A DNA stretch of 64,000 nucleotides from Nitrospirota bacterium (GTDB lineage: Bacteria; Nitrospirota; Thermodesulfovibrionia; Thermodesulfovibrionales; Dissulfurispiraceae): NCBI GenBank assembly GCA_040754455.1, contig JBFMCP010000001.1, positions 128,001 to 192,000 on the forward strand. Direction: 5' to 3'. Positions 31,056-41,169 of the stretch are shown here, piece by piece; position 1 is the first letter of the stretch, and the number at the start of each line of letters is the position of its first letter. The notes beneath the pieces are model-generated. The model made no database searches, was not told the DNA's origin, and saw only the letters and a list, made by a program, of their open reading frames with translations. Made by a program: the position numbers and the translations under genes.

Positions 31056-31277
31056 TCAACAATCCGTTTTTTCCAGATGAGCTTCAGCAGGCTTTGACCT
31101 TTTCGTCAACGCTAATAAACCGCAAAGATAGAGGGGGCACGACTCATAATGCCTGCTCATGCATATCTTGATATCGGTATCTTTATGGTCCTTGATAAAG
31201 CCGTTTGCCATGTTGCACTGCGCTCCCTCCGCGCTCCCTTTGAGATTCGGACACACGATAATATGGTATGAAGCCAT
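31056..31277 (-). CDS. Small Cys-rich hypothetical protein
   Basis: Strong AAGGAGG RBS, 6 Cys, its own promoter and Pho-box-like array. Confidence 0.7.
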   Translation of the reverse strand: MASYHIIVCPNLKGSAEGAQCNMANGFIKDHKDTDIKICMSRHYESCPLYLCGLLALTKRSKPAEAHLEKTDC

Positions 31278-31314
31278 GGTACCCTCCTTTTGCCATTACC
31301 ATAGCATCCAGCAG

Positions 31315-31352
31315 TTACACCAGTATTAAAGAATTGTTACATGAATGTTACA
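31315..31352 (-). promoter_or_regulatory. Pho-box-like array upstream of the 73-aa ORF
   Basis: TTACA/TTAAA/TTACA/TTACA at 31315, 31326, 31337, 31348 (11-bp period), followed on the minus strand by TGCTATGGT (extended -10). Confidence 0.7.
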
Positions 31353-31502
31353 GCCTTTGTGCAACAACAGTAGCATTGATGCAATAAAAATTGTTTTCAT
31401 TGGTAATTTTTGATCGCCATTATATTCCCCCATAGCGCTATAAGAAATTATGATAGAGAATTTTTCTTCATCGCGCTTGCACAACAGCAGTGTACCGCAG
31501 AA

Positions 31503-33764
31503 TCAAAGAGAAGCAGCGTTTTGGTAAAGGCTGCGCCGGGCATTCCGGAACATTTCGGCAAGGGCCTCAAAACGCTTGTCGGAGAGGATCTGCTCGAGTG
31601 AGAGCGGCGTCTTCTGCATCCAGTTGGGATACTCATCGGTCGTACCCGGCAGGTTCTGCTGGTCCATGGTGCCGATGATATCGTCAAGGCTTACCGCAAT
31701 CAGCTTGCAGGGGGTAGCGGCGAGATAACGGTAGATGGCGAGGCACAGCTCCTCGGTCATTGCACGGATCATGTCCGGGCTTACGGGAAAACTCTCAGGA
31801 AGAATACCCCTGGATTTGAGCGCATTCAGAAGGAGGCCCCTGTCCCTTTCCCGATCATGCACATACCGTTGCCACTGCTCATCATCCCTAAACAGGTTGA
31901 GCTGCTTTTTTACTGCAAGGTCCCTGCCTGCCCAATAACCATAAAGAGTCGGCAGGTCATGCGTCGTCACTGCACAGAGGGCGATATCGGGATAGTGCTC
32001 AGGTGCGGTAAAAGAAGGATCAGGGTAGTTCCGCTCGAAATAGAGGAGCCGGTACGAGAGCATTCGGAAGCGGTGCAGTGTTGCACGGACATTTTCACCG
32101 ACGGTGCCGAGGTCTTCGGCAATGATCATCGTCTTGTACCGTACACTTTCGAGGGCGATGATGCGCAGAAGGTCTTCCACCGGATAGGTCACATACGCTC
32201 CCTCCGCTGCCGGCATACCTGAGGGTATCCAGAAGAGCCTGAACATGCCAAGGGCGTGATCAATGCGGAGTGCCCCGTTGTGTTTTATATTTTTCCGTAT
32301 GATATCGGTAAAAAACTCATAGCCCGTCTCCCTCAGCCGTTCAGGAACGACCGGGGGGAAATTCCAGTTCTGGCCGTTGATGTTGAACTCATCCGGGGGC
32401 GCACCGACGTTGATTGCGCCCGCCACGAGATTCTGGTAGCTCCAGCCGTTGCTGCCGCCCCCTATTGAGCCTATAGCGAGGTCATGGTAAATGCCCACCG
32501 GCAGCTCAAGTGCAGCGGCGAGTTCCGCGCACTCCCGGTGCTGGACCTCGACAAGCCACTGGATGTACTTGTAGAAAAGGATATCCCGCTCGTTGTCGTC
32601 TCTGAACTTCTGCACCGCGCTGCTCTGGGGATTATGGTACTCTGCGGGCCAGTCCTGCCACACATACACCTTCAACCTCGTATTCATATGCTCCCAGAGC
32701 GCCTGGAAGAGGGCATACGCATCAAGCGGCGCACCCTCATACCGCACATACTCTTGGAACGCCCTGCCCCGTTCGGTATTCTTCAGGTAGTGGCGCTCAT
32801 AAAAATGCTCAAAGGCATAGGCAAGTATGCTTTTCTTTAAGAAGGCGATCTTTTTATAATCGATCATCGCTTCATGCTTCACTTCCTGCAGCTCTTTTTT
32901 AAAGACCTCGGAATCGAGGATTTTCTGCGCCTCTTCCGATTCAGCGACATCGGGAATATTGTCCATATCGAGGTAGATAAAATTCTTGTAGAGCCTGCTG
33001 ATGGGTGAATAGGGGCTTATACCATAGGGCTTCTTGTTTGGAATGGCATGGAGGGGATTAATGCCCACAAAGCCGCCTTTTAATCTCCCGGTCAGCCCGA
33101 TCAATCCTTTCAGATCGGTAAAATCTCCGACACCCCAGTTCCGGGCCGACCTGACGGCATAGAGATTGGCATAGATTCCCCAGGTCTTTCCCTCCTCCAG
33201 CGGTGGTGGAATATAGCATTGGTCAGGGGTAATGATGACCCTCGATTTCTTCTGAAGGATATTCTGTTCTCCAGGAAAGATGCGTTCCGGATGTTCGCAT
33301 GAAATAGTGATGAAGTAATACCCGATCTCCCTTTGTCCCTTGTCCTTAAGCGGGATCTTTACATAGCGGGTGCCATCTATCCATTGCTGGTCCGTAATGC
33401 CGATAGCGGCTCCGGAGAGCGTGAAGTCCTGCCTGTTCCTCTCTTCGTCCTCCACCGACCAGGAGATGGTAAGCTTCTGTTCATCTCCCTCCCTGAACGG
33501 CAGGTAAAGGGGAAGCTCGAAGGGTTGCTCGTTCACCGAGATGACGATCACCGGCTCGGTGACGCGGTTCCAGGGCCTGTTCCTCTGCTGCCTGATCTCT
33601 TGCTCTATGCTCTCGACAGAGCCAATATCCATTCCCATTGCCTGAAGAATGGCCTTCTTCGTCTCGATCGAAGCGATATGCTGCGTGCCGAAGGAATCCC
33701 AGTACTCAGGGACGATCCCGCACAGTCCTGCAAGCTCATGGATCAGTTCTTCATAGTGGTGCAT
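31503..33764 (-). CDS. malQ: 4-alpha-glucanotransferase (GH77)
   Basis: WGVGDFTDL, SPYSPISR, GAPPDEF, RIDHALG, EDLG, TTHD. Confidence 0.95.
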   Translation of the reverse strand: MHHYEELIHELAGLCGIVPEYWDSFGTQHIASIETKKAILQAMGMDIGSVESIEQEIRQQRNRPWNRVTEPVIVISVNEQPFELPLYLPFREGDEQKLTISWSVEDEERNRQDFTLSGAAIGITDQQWIDGTRYVKIPLKDKGQREIGYYFITISCEHPERIFPGEQNILQKKSRVIITPDQCYIPPPLEEGKTWGIYANLYAVRSARNWGVGDFTDLKGLIGLTGRLKGGFVGINPLHAIPNKKPYGISPYSPISRLYKNFIYLDMDNIPDVAESEEAQKILDSEVFKKELQEVKHEAMIDYKKIAFLKKSILAYAFEHFYERHYLKNTERGRAFQEYVRYEGAPLDAYALFQALWEHMNTRLKVYVWQDWPAEYHNPQSSAVQKFRDDNERDILFYKYIQWLVEVQHRECAELAAALELPVGIYHDLAIGSIGGGSNGWSYQNLVAGAINVGAPPDEFNINGQNWNFPPVVPERLRETGYEFFTDIIRKNIKHNGALRIDHALGMFRLFWIPSGMPAAEGAYVTYPVEDLLRIIALESVRYKTMIIAEDLGTVGENVRATLHRFRMLSYRLLYFERNYPDPSFTAPEHYPDIALCAVTTHDLPTLYGYWAGRDLAVKKQLNLFRDDEQWQRYVHDRERDRGLLLNALKSRGILPESFPVSPDMIRAMTEELCLAIYRYLAATPCKLIAVSLDDIIGTMDQQNLPGTTDEYPNWMQKTPLSLEQILSDKRFEALAEMFRNARRSLYQNAASL

Positions 33765-33948
33765 AGCAGACGATCTCTGGGCATTTCTAGAAATTAATAA
33801 GGATTACGAACAAAGATCGGAAGCCAACCGAAGCCAACCATAGTAAAGTGTATCAGATTATGCTTATCCAGTTAAGCTCTTTTATGTTATCGGCAAAGAG
33901 CCGGCCCTCTTGAGGGCAGCCGTTGTACCCATCGCTTCGAGCAGAAAC

Positions 33949-33973
33949 AAAAAGGGCCTGGTAGGCCCTTTTT
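33949..33973. terminator. Intrinsic terminator (bidirectional shape)
   Basis: AAAAAGGGCCT-GGT-AGGCCCTTTTT. Confidence 0.8.
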
Positions 33974-34005
33974 GCTTCTGTCTGAGTTCCCTCTGCTCTC
34001 TATAA

Positions 34006-34527
34006 TTAATGCTTGTGCTCTTCGCTCTTTTTCGGGGCCTCTTTCTTCGGCTCCTCTTGTGCCGGTGCTCCGTGCATCATGCCCCCCATCGGGCCTCCCA
34101 TCATGCCGCCCATCGGCATGCTCTGCATGGCGGTCATCATCTTGTCCATTCTCTCCATCATGGTCGACAGCTCCTGGGCCATCTTTTTCTTCTCGCCCTC
34201 AGGAACCCCCTTCAGCATGCGTTCCTGTATTCTCATCATGTCCTTCATCATATGCATCAGTTCCTGCTGCTGCATCATTCTTTGGCCCATCATTCCCTGT
34301 TGCATCATCTGCTGGCACATCTGCATCATGGGCATTTGCTGATCGCCACCGCCCATCATACCGCCTCTCATACCACCCATCATTCCTTGTCCGCCCATCA
34401 TGCCGCCGCCACCCATCATTCCCTGCTGACCCTGCTGCTGACCGGCTTTCTGATCTCCTGCAGTCTGTGCCCATGCCATAATACTTAAAGCAAAGAGAAA
34501 TACGATTGCAAAAAATACCTTCTTCAT
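34006..34527 (-). CDS. Exported Met/Gly/Gln-rich protein (putative metal binder)
   Basis: Signal peptide ending AWA; about 40 Met in 173 aa; located in the copper island. Confidence 0.8.
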   Translation of the reverse strand: MKKVFFAIVFLFALSIMAWAQTAGDQKAGQQQGQQGMMGGGGMMGGQGMMGGMRGGMMGGGDQQMPMMQMCQQMMQQGMMGQRMMQQQELMHMMKDMMRIQERMLKGVPEGEKKKMAQELSTMMERMDKMMTAMQSMPMGGMMGGPMGGMMHGAPAQEEPKKEAPKKSEEHKH

Positions 34528-34604
34528 GGTTCCACTTCCTCCGATATATTTTTTACATTATACAAAAAACAGTCTTCTTTTTTAAGGGGCAGAGTACAGC
34601 ACGT

Positions 34605-34814
34605 TTAACGTTTTTGCGTTACCTCCTCGCGGCTCTTTATTTTTCTCTTCCATCCCTGCAGTTCCTCTTCAGGGATGTCCCGTTCATTATGTGTTTTCGC
34701 ATGAATACGTGCGAGTTTCAGTACCTCTTCGTCGGTCTCACCTTCTGAAATGTAATCACAGAAAGGGCCCATTTCTCCTGCATCCCTGCATCTGAGGAAT
34801 TTTCTTTTTGCCAT
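34605..34814 (-). CDS. DUF1059-like small metal-binding protein
   Basis: CRDAG..CDY..GETDEEVL..HAKTH pattern; AGGAGG RBS. Confidence 0.75.
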   Translation of the reverse strand: MAKRKFLRCRDAGEMGPFCDYISEGETDEEVLKLARIHAKTHNERDIPEEELQGWKRKIKSREEVTQKR

Positions 34815-34948
34815 TGCACACCTCCTGATGGCTATTGTGGATTATGAGCATCGCTCATACGTTCGAAAGTCGACGAACAGGACACGTTGTTACTCAAAGT
34901 ATAGCTTCGATCTCCTCACACGGCAACATGCATCTTACGCTCTGCACG

Positions 34949-37024
34949 CTATACTTTCCTGATCTTCAGGAATTTCGCATTGATCGCCACAATAACGGTA
35001 CTGAGGGACATGAGAACAGCGCCCAGGGCAGGACTGAGGAGGATGCCGTAATTATAGAGGACACCTGCAGCAAGGGGGATGGCAAAAGCGTTATACCCTG
35101 TGGCCCAGGCAAGGTTCTGGATCATTTTCCGGTATGTTGCACGGGCGAGACCTATGATCGCCACCGCATCGAGCGGGTTGCTCCGTACCAGCACAATGTC
35201 TGCGGTCTCAACGGCAACGTCCGTCCCCGCGCCGATAGCAATGCCGACGTCAGCCTGGGCGAGGGCAGGTGCGTCGTTTACCCCGTCGCCGATCATCGCT
35301 ACGATGAGCTTTCTGGATTGCACCTCCTTCACCTTTGCCGATTTGTCCTGAGGCAACACCTCGGCGAAGTAATCATCAAGCTTCAGCTCCTCAGCTACCC
35401 ACTTCGCCACCAGACGGTTGTCGCCGGTGAGCATCATGCATTGTATCCCCATCTCTTTCAAGAGCGACACCGCCCGTTTCGACTCAGGCCGTATGATGTC
35501 GGCAAGGGCGATGGCGCCCTTCATTGTTCCGTCGATGACGACAAAGACAACCGTTTTCCCTTGCAAGGAGAGCCGCTCTATTCTCTCATCGGATATCGGC
35601 ACGCCCTGCGCCTTCAGGTATCCCGGGCTCACCACTTTCACTTCTCTCCCGCCTGCCGTTCCTTCTGCTCCCTTGCCCGGGATCGCCCTGAATCCCTCAA
35701 CAGGATAGGTTTCGGGAAATGAGGCAACGATGCCTTTTGCAATGGGATGTTCCGAATGCGTCTCTATCGATGCAGCGTATTTGACAAGCTCTTTTTCGCT
35801 GATATCGTTTGCAAATACAAGGATGTCAGTGACACCGAAACGTCCCTCGGTAAGGGTACCGGTCTTATCGAAGATGATCGCTTGGATGTTCCGTGCCCGC
35901 TCAAAAGCGGCACGGTCGCGTATCAGCAGCCCGTTCGACGCCGAAAGCGCTGTCGAGACGGCAACCACAAGCGGAACCGCCAGTCCGAGCGCATGAGGAC
36001 AGGCGATGACCATAACCGTGACGGTCCTCTCCAGCGAAAAGGCAAGGTCCCTGCCCATGAGTCCGAACCATGCGAAGAGCGTCACTGCTCCACCACCCAA
36101 GGCGATGATCGTCAACCAGAAGGCTGCGCGATTTGCAATGTCCTGGGTCCTCGACTTACTCTCCTGCGCCTGCCGGACCAGCTCCATTACCTGCGAGAGG
36201 AAAGAATCCTTTCCGGTCCTTTTGATCTCGACCGTGATCGACCCCTCACCGTTGATCGCACCCCCGATAACCTTGCTGCCTGCTGTTTTATGTACGGGTT
36301 TGGATTCGCCGGTCAGCATCGCTTCACTCACGGAGGTCTCACCTTCGACCACTTCTCCGTCGGCGGGGACCTTTTCACCCGGCTTCACCAGAACCTTGTC
36401 GCCGACAGCGAGCGTCGCAAGGGGCACATCACGGGTGCTGCCGTCGGGCATGATCCTATGCGCTTCTGCAGGCATGAGACGAGCAAGCTCTTCGAGGGCG
36501 CGCGAGGCGCCCATTACCGACCGCATCTCGAGCCAGTGTCCGAGGAGCATGATGTCCACCAGCGTGGCGAGCTCCCAGAAAAAGTCCATGCCGGGGAGCC
36601 CGAAAACGACGGCGCTACTGTAGACATATGCCGCAGTGATCGCAACAGCGACCAGGGTCATCATTCCGGGCCGCTTCTCTTTCACCTCATCGAAAAGCCC
36701 CCTCAGGAAAGGATACCCTCCGTAGAAGAACACGAACGATGAGAGGGCAAACAGCACGTAGAGATCGCCGGGGAAGCGGAGACTGTCGCCCAGCCCGAGG
36801 AACTGCTGGATCATGTGCGAGAGGGCGAGGATAGGGATGGTAACGAGTAATGAGATCCGGAACCGCCTTTTGAAATCCTCGACCATGTGCGCGTGATGCG
36901 TAGCATGACCTTTGTGCTCGACGGCACGATGCTCGCCGTGCATCGCATGGCCCTCATGCGCATTGCGCATCATTCCGTCATGCCTGTGTTCTGTATGGTG
37001 CGATTCCTGATTACTGTGCTCCAT
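34949..37024 (-). CDS. copB: Copper-translocating P1B-3 (CopB-type) ATPase
   Basis: His-rich N-terminus, TGES, CPH, DKTGT, HP, GDGVNDAP, YN..P and MSLST. Confidence 0.93.
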   Translation of the reverse strand: MEHSNQESHHTEHRHDGMMRNAHEGHAMHGEHRAVEHKGHATHHAHMVEDFKRRFRISLLVTIPILALSHMIQQFLGLGDSLRFPGDLYVLFALSSFVFFYGGYPFLRGLFDEVKEKRPGMMTLVAVAITAAYVYSSAVVFGLPGMDFFWELATLVDIMLLGHWLEMRSVMGASRALEELARLMPAEAHRIMPDGSTRDVPLATLAVGDKVLVKPGEKVPADGEVVEGETSVSEAMLTGESKPVHKTAGSKVIGGAINGEGSITVEIKRTGKDSFLSQVMELVRQAQESKSRTQDIANRAAFWLTIIALGGGAVTLFAWFGLMGRDLAFSLERTVTVMVIACPHALGLAVPLVVAVSTALSASNGLLIRDRAAFERARNIQAIIFDKTGTLTEGRFGVTDILVFANDISEKELVKYAASIETHSEHPIAKGIVASFPETYPVEGFRAIPGKGAEGTAGGREVKVVSPGYLKAQGVPISDERIERLSLQGKTVVFVVIDGTMKGAIALADIIRPESKRAVSLLKEMGIQCMMLTGDNRLVAKWVAEELKLDDYFAEVLPQDKSAKVKEVQSRKLIVAMIGDGVNDAPALAQADVGIAIGAGTDVAVETADIVLVRSNPLDAVAIIGLARATYRKMIQNLAWATGYNAFAIPLAAGVLYNYGILLSPALGAVLMSLSTVIVAINAKFLKIRKV

Positions 37025-37036
37025 GGCTGCTCTCTC

Positions 37037-37267
37037 CTACTGAATATCTTTCTTCTTTTCCTCGAACTCCTCTTTGCTTATCTCGCCTTTCGCGTACCGT
37101 TTCTTGAGGATATCGAGAGGCGTCTCGTCCTCACGCCCCCTCCCCCTTCCCGTGCCGGCAATCGTCTTCACGAGATAAACGATGCCGACGATTACCAATA
37201 TCCAGAAGACGACCATAAGCAATCCCCTCCCCCACCACCAGCCGTAGTAATCCCAGCCCCAATGCAT
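37037..37267 (-). CDS. Small membrane protein with SHOCT domain
   Basis: TM helix plus [19 protein letters not shown]. Confidence 0.88.
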   Translation of the reverse strand: MHWGWDYYGWWWGRGLLMVVFWILVIVGIVYLVKTIAGTGRGRGREDETPLDILKKRYAKGEISKEEFEEKKKDIQ

Positions 37268-37389
37268 AGCCCTTACCTCCTTACCCCAAAGATATCACAA
37301 AATCCATGCCGCTGAAAGCGCGGGAAACATGCAGCTGCAATGCCTGTTCCTAGCCTCTGTACGCATTCCGGTTGTGATAAGATACCTCA

Positions 37390-38460
37390 ATGGATGCACT
37401 CGCCTATCTGCAGACAGGTCAAGTAACATGCCATGATACATTCGGCCGTGAGATCCCCTGTACCGGCAGCGGACAGGATGCGGAATTCAAACGAGGCATA
37501 TCCTGGCCGGTGCCGAGATTCGAACAGAAAGACGAGATGGTTTTAGACCGTCTCACAGGCCTGATATGGACACAGGATGCCAACCCCGCTGTATTCCCTG
37601 TGACCTGGCAGGAGGCCTTGGATTACATTGCTGATATGAACAGGGAGAGGACCTTCGGCTACTCCGACTGGCGGCTCCCCAACCGCCGTGAGCTCCGGAG
37701 CCTCATGAGCCATCAGACCAGGAAGCCCGCCCTGCCGGAGGGACATCCTTTCAGGAATGTCTTTTCTGGATGGTACTGGACTTCGACCACTGCTGCGATA
37801 AACACCGCCTATGCCTGGTACATCCATACGGAGGGGGCGCGGATGTTCTACGGCAACAAGGAGCAGTTTTTTCTGCTTTGGCCGGTGCGTGGTGAAGGAT
37901 ACAACATTCTACCTGCTACCGGCCAGACACAGTGTTACGATTCAGCCGGACGTCTTATCCCCTGTGCAGGCTCAGGCCAGGACGGAGAGTTCCGTATCGG
38001 GCTCGTATGGCCAGAGCCCCGCTTTGATGTTATAGGCGATGCCGTCATCGACCGCCTTACCAACCTCTGCTGGCTCAGAGAGGCAGATATTACAAAAGGA
38101 AGACCGGTAACGTGGAGCGATGCTCTCTCAGCCATAGCGCAGCTCAATCAAAGTTCTAAAGCATGCTGGCGATTGCCGAATATCAATGAGCTCGAATCTC
38201 TGGTTGACTGCAGCACTCATAGTCCTGCGTTACCAGACGGACATCCATTCAGCGGAACTAAAGAAGCATACTGGTCTTCAACCACGAGCATGTTCGAGCC
38301 TGACTGGGCATGGGCATTGTATCTCACTAAGGGCGCTGTAGGCGTCGGCCAGAAGTGGGGTGCTCATTTCCATGTATGGGCAGTGTGCGATGCTGCCGAC
38401 TGCAGACCCGGAGAAATATACGATTTGAATGCCCGTAATTCCAGCCATCCTCTTTGTTGA
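37390..38460 (+). CDS. DUF1566 (Lcl C-terminal) tandem-domain protein
   Basis: Two repeats of TGQ..C..GQD..WP.PRF..DRLT.L.W..WRLPN..EL.SL..YW.ST. Confidence 0.85.
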   Translation: MDALAYLQTGQVTCHDTFGREIPCTGSGQDAEFKRGISWPVPRFEQKDEMVLDRLTGLIWTQDANPAVFPVTWQEALDYIADMNRERTFGYSDWRLPNRRELRSLMSHQTRKPALPEGHPFRNVFSGWYWTSTTAAINTAYAWYIHTEGARMFYGNKEQFFLLWPVRGEGYNILPATGQTQCYDSAGRLIPCAGSGQDGEFRIGLVWPEPRFDVIGDAVIDRLTNLCWLREADITKGRPVTWSDALSAIAQLNQSSKACWRLPNINELESLVDCSTHSPALPDGHPFSGTKEAYWSSTTSMFEPDWAWALYLTKGAVGVGQKWGAHFHVWAVCDAADCRPGEIYDLNARNSSHPLC

Positions 38461-38618
38461 TGCAACTCTCTTTTGCATTTATACTTTTCTTATAGCAGAG
38501 AGATGGATACTCATCGATAAGCTGCCTGCCCCGATTTTCTCCTATCGGGGACTCTGAACAGTTGTGTAGCAGCGCTGTAGTGGGAAACAGAAATCCTGAG
38601 GCTTAAAGGAGGGTTGCA

Positions 38619-39233
38619 ATGAGAGGCGCAAACATAGTGCTTACGCTGCTGTGTCTGATAACCAGCCTGCTTCTAGCCGCAGTAGTCCTTGCAGGGGGGT
38701 ATATCTATCCGCCGTGGGAAGCCTCACCTGAAGGGGGAGTTGAATTCACGGTCCCGGGCATCGATAACATTCCGGACCTTTACGGAGATATCATCAATCC
38801 CGACCTGGTGGTCTTCTTCGGCGGCAACGAGTTCATGGTGATGCCCGAAATCATCCAAGCTTTTCAAAAAGCCTTTCCACAGTATAGAAAAATCTTCTAT
38901 GAAACCCTGCCGCCGGGTATCATCGAAGAGCAGGTGCGAAAAGGCAGTCTGGTGATCGGCAATCTGCTAATAGCATTGCGGCCAGACGTGTTCACCGGCG
39001 GGAAAGAAAAGATCAAAGAGCTCGAGACCGAAGGATGGTTTGACGAGACAGTGTCGTATGCAGGAAACCGCCTTGCCCTTATGGTGCGCAGGGGAAATCC
39101 CAAGAAGATACGGACCATTGGCGATTTAGGAAGGGATGATGTCAATGTCAGCATGCCAAACCCCGAAATAGAAGACATCGCAAAAAAGATCACTGCGCTC
39201 ACCTTCCTTCCTGCCGCTGTTATGCTTCCATAG
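38619..39233 (+). pseudogene. 3'-truncated ModA-like substrate-binding protein
   Basis: Signal peptide, YAGNRLALMVRRGNPKKI, MPNP; the frame runs into an unrelated antisense fragment near 39190, at about two-thirds of the expected length. Confidence 0.65.
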
Positions 39234-39578
39234 TGCGTTGAAGTGAAGACGGTGCAGAAGATAGCTCTTTGGGAACGGCATCTTTGACGCGATGAGTTTC
39301 AGGGTCGTATCAAGGCCGTTGGTGCCTTTTCCCGTCAGGAATTCCACGCCGGCTGCAACGGCGAATGCAGGAACATACACCGATTCGGTATTGAAATTAT
39401 AAAGGGCTTCGAGGTTTATATCGCCGCTCCTGCTCCTGTCGGCATCGCCGATGAAGAACGAGGAGGTGAGAGTCGCCTGCCAGTTGCAGGCGAACCCGTA
39501 CTCCAGGCGGGGTTGCAGCACAAAGCGGTCTTCACTGTCGTCGGTCCGTTCGTAGCAGAAGAACTCCGGCATAATCAA
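39190..39578 (-). pseudogene. Internal fragment of a probable outer-membrane beta-barrel protein
   Basis: RLEYGF..NWQ..SGDINLEALYNFN..PAFAV..RLHFN alternating beta pattern; no signal peptide and no native C-terminus. Confidence 0.5.
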
Positions 39579-39599
39579 CCCTCGCCTATTAGGAATGGC

Positions 39600-39944
39600 T
39601 CAACTCCTCGTCAGATCATCCTTAATCTTCTTGAAATCCTCCTTGCTTATCTCTCCCCTGGCGTACCGTTTCTTGAGGATATCGAGCGCCGTCCCTTCTC
39701 CCTTAGCGCGGCCGAGCGGGCCTGCTGACGAGGCGAGCCATCGTATGAGGAGGATAAGTCCCACAATCACCGCGATCCAAAAAACGATCATGATGACCGT
39801 CCAGAACCACCCCATACCCCACCACATCATTCCAGGGCCCATCATGCCGGGACCCATGCCATAGCCATCATCTGGGCCATGTGCGGCCACAACGAGCGGG
39901 GCAAATACGACTGCTGAGACTAACAATCTGACTGCCGTTTCCAT
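39600..39944 (-). CDS. SHOCT-domain membrane protein with GMGPGMM linker
   Basis: Signal-like N-terminus, TM helix, [18 protein letters not shown]; shares a 26-bp exact match (39661-39686) with 37092-37117. Confidence 0.88.
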   Translation of the reverse strand: METAVRLLVSAVVFAPLVVAAHGPDDGYGMGPGMMGPGMMWWGMGWFWTVIMIVFWIAVIVGLILLIRWLASSAGPLGRAKGEGTALDILKKRYARGEISKEDFKKIKDDLTRS

Positions 39945-40016
39945 ATCCTTGCACCTCCATCAGGTGTACTGTGCTTTGGGAGATTCCCCATTGGCTTTTC
40001 CCCAACTCTTTAGCGG

Positions 40017-40382
40017 CTACAGCTCTGCCATTTGTCTACATGAGTCAGCACACGTACGACACATATCGGCACAGGCCTTCGTCTGCTCATCATCGCCAAA
40101 CTGGTCGCAGCTCGAGGCGCGCCGGTCATTCACCTGGGCGCAGAGGCTGCATATCTGGCTGATGAATTCCGAGTTGCTCAACATATAATCTGCGCTTATG
40201 CGACAAATATCATAACAATTGAAAAGCAGTGCAATATGTGCCGGATCTGCGTGCTTTCCACCCATGTTAAGGCAATAGGTCGCCGTTTCTACGCAGATAT
40301 TACTACATGCAGTGCAATTGTCAATACATTGCTTCACCTTCGGCTCTTTTGCCGTTAGCACCGCCTGAGGCATAGTATTCAC
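40017..40382 (-). CDS. Four-helix-bundle copper storage protein (Csp3/DUF326-like)
   Basis: Repeated CxxxC/CxxC motifs, no signal peptide, AAGGAGG RBS. Confidence 0.85.
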   Translation of the reverse strand: MNTMPQAVLTAKEPKVKQCIDNCTACSNICVETATYCLNMGGKHADPAHIALLFNCYDICRISADYMLSNSEFISQICSLCAQVNDRRASSCDQFGDDEQTKACADMCRTCADSCRQMAEL

Positions 40383-40530
40383 CTCCTTGAAAGCTAAGAC
40401 GTGCGGCAGGGAGTTTGATAGTACACTTCGGCCAATGGGGAATGTTTCTCGGGGTAGATGGGTGATCGTCTCTAAATAAAGTTTAGCACAATGTGGAGGT
40501 GCGTCAAATCAGGCTGCCACAACAAAAAAG

Positions 40531-40570
40531 AGGAAGGATCCTTCGGAGGGGGCTTCCTGAGATCCTTCCT
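40531..40570 (-). terminator. Hairpin/terminator after the 4-gene metal module
   Basis: AGGAAGGATC..GATCCTTCCT 10-bp stem preceded by an A-run on +. Confidence 0.55.
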
Positions 40571-40643
40571 TCGCCCTCTTGCAACATGAGGAGAGGAAAA
40601 CTATAGCGAATTTATTCGCGTGCTGTAGCTGCTTTACCAGACC

Positions 40644-41102
40644 TTATTGGACAGCATTAAAACGCTTCATGGTATCGTTTATTTTCATATGCAGCTCGTG
40701 CATGTCCTGTTCGGTGGCAAAGCTTTTAAACATCATTTCAGACATAGCCGCCATTTCCGACGAGAGGTCATCCATCATCTCTGCCATGGTTTTCATTCGC
40801 TCAGGGCTCATATTCTTGTTCTCAGTCATCATATGGACGAGCTTCTGGGTCATCCCGTTTATGCTCTGCATCATGGGAACCAGATGCTTCGACATGCCGC
40901 TGTCCCATTGCTTAAGATCGTCGCCTCCCCCATGCGCCTCGTGCGTTCCTGCGGCAGCGTGGTCGTGCATGCCGCTCTGATGGCCCTGATGCATCATGGA
41001 ATGCCCTCCATCGTGGGAGCCGTGGTCTGCTGCACGCACGGAGAAAGCCCCTCCGAAAAGAATAGCTGCAGCGATGCCCCCGAATACCAAAAACTTTTTC
41101 AT
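40644..41102 (-). CDS. Exported His/Met-rich protein
   Basis: Signal peptide, His-rich N-terminal arm, Met-rich helical domain. Confidence 0.8.
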   Translation of the reverse strand: MKKFLVFGGIAAAILFGGAFSVRAADHGSHDGGHSMMHQGHQSGMHDHAAAGTHEAHGGGDDLKQWDSGMSKHLVPMMQSINGMTQKLVHMMTENKNMSPERMKTMAEMMDDLSSEMAAMSEMMFKSFATEQDMHELHMKINDTMKRFNAVQ

Positions 41103-41169
41103 GGTACCTCCTCGTCTAGTGCTATTTGCTCAGCACGATTCCTGCTTTTATGTGTCCGCAACATCGTTT

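Noticed and set aside
38497..38600. Hairpins upstream of the ModA-like gene as a Moco or fluoride riboswitch
   Set aside because: I could not match the consensus motifs by eye; an Rfam scan is needed.
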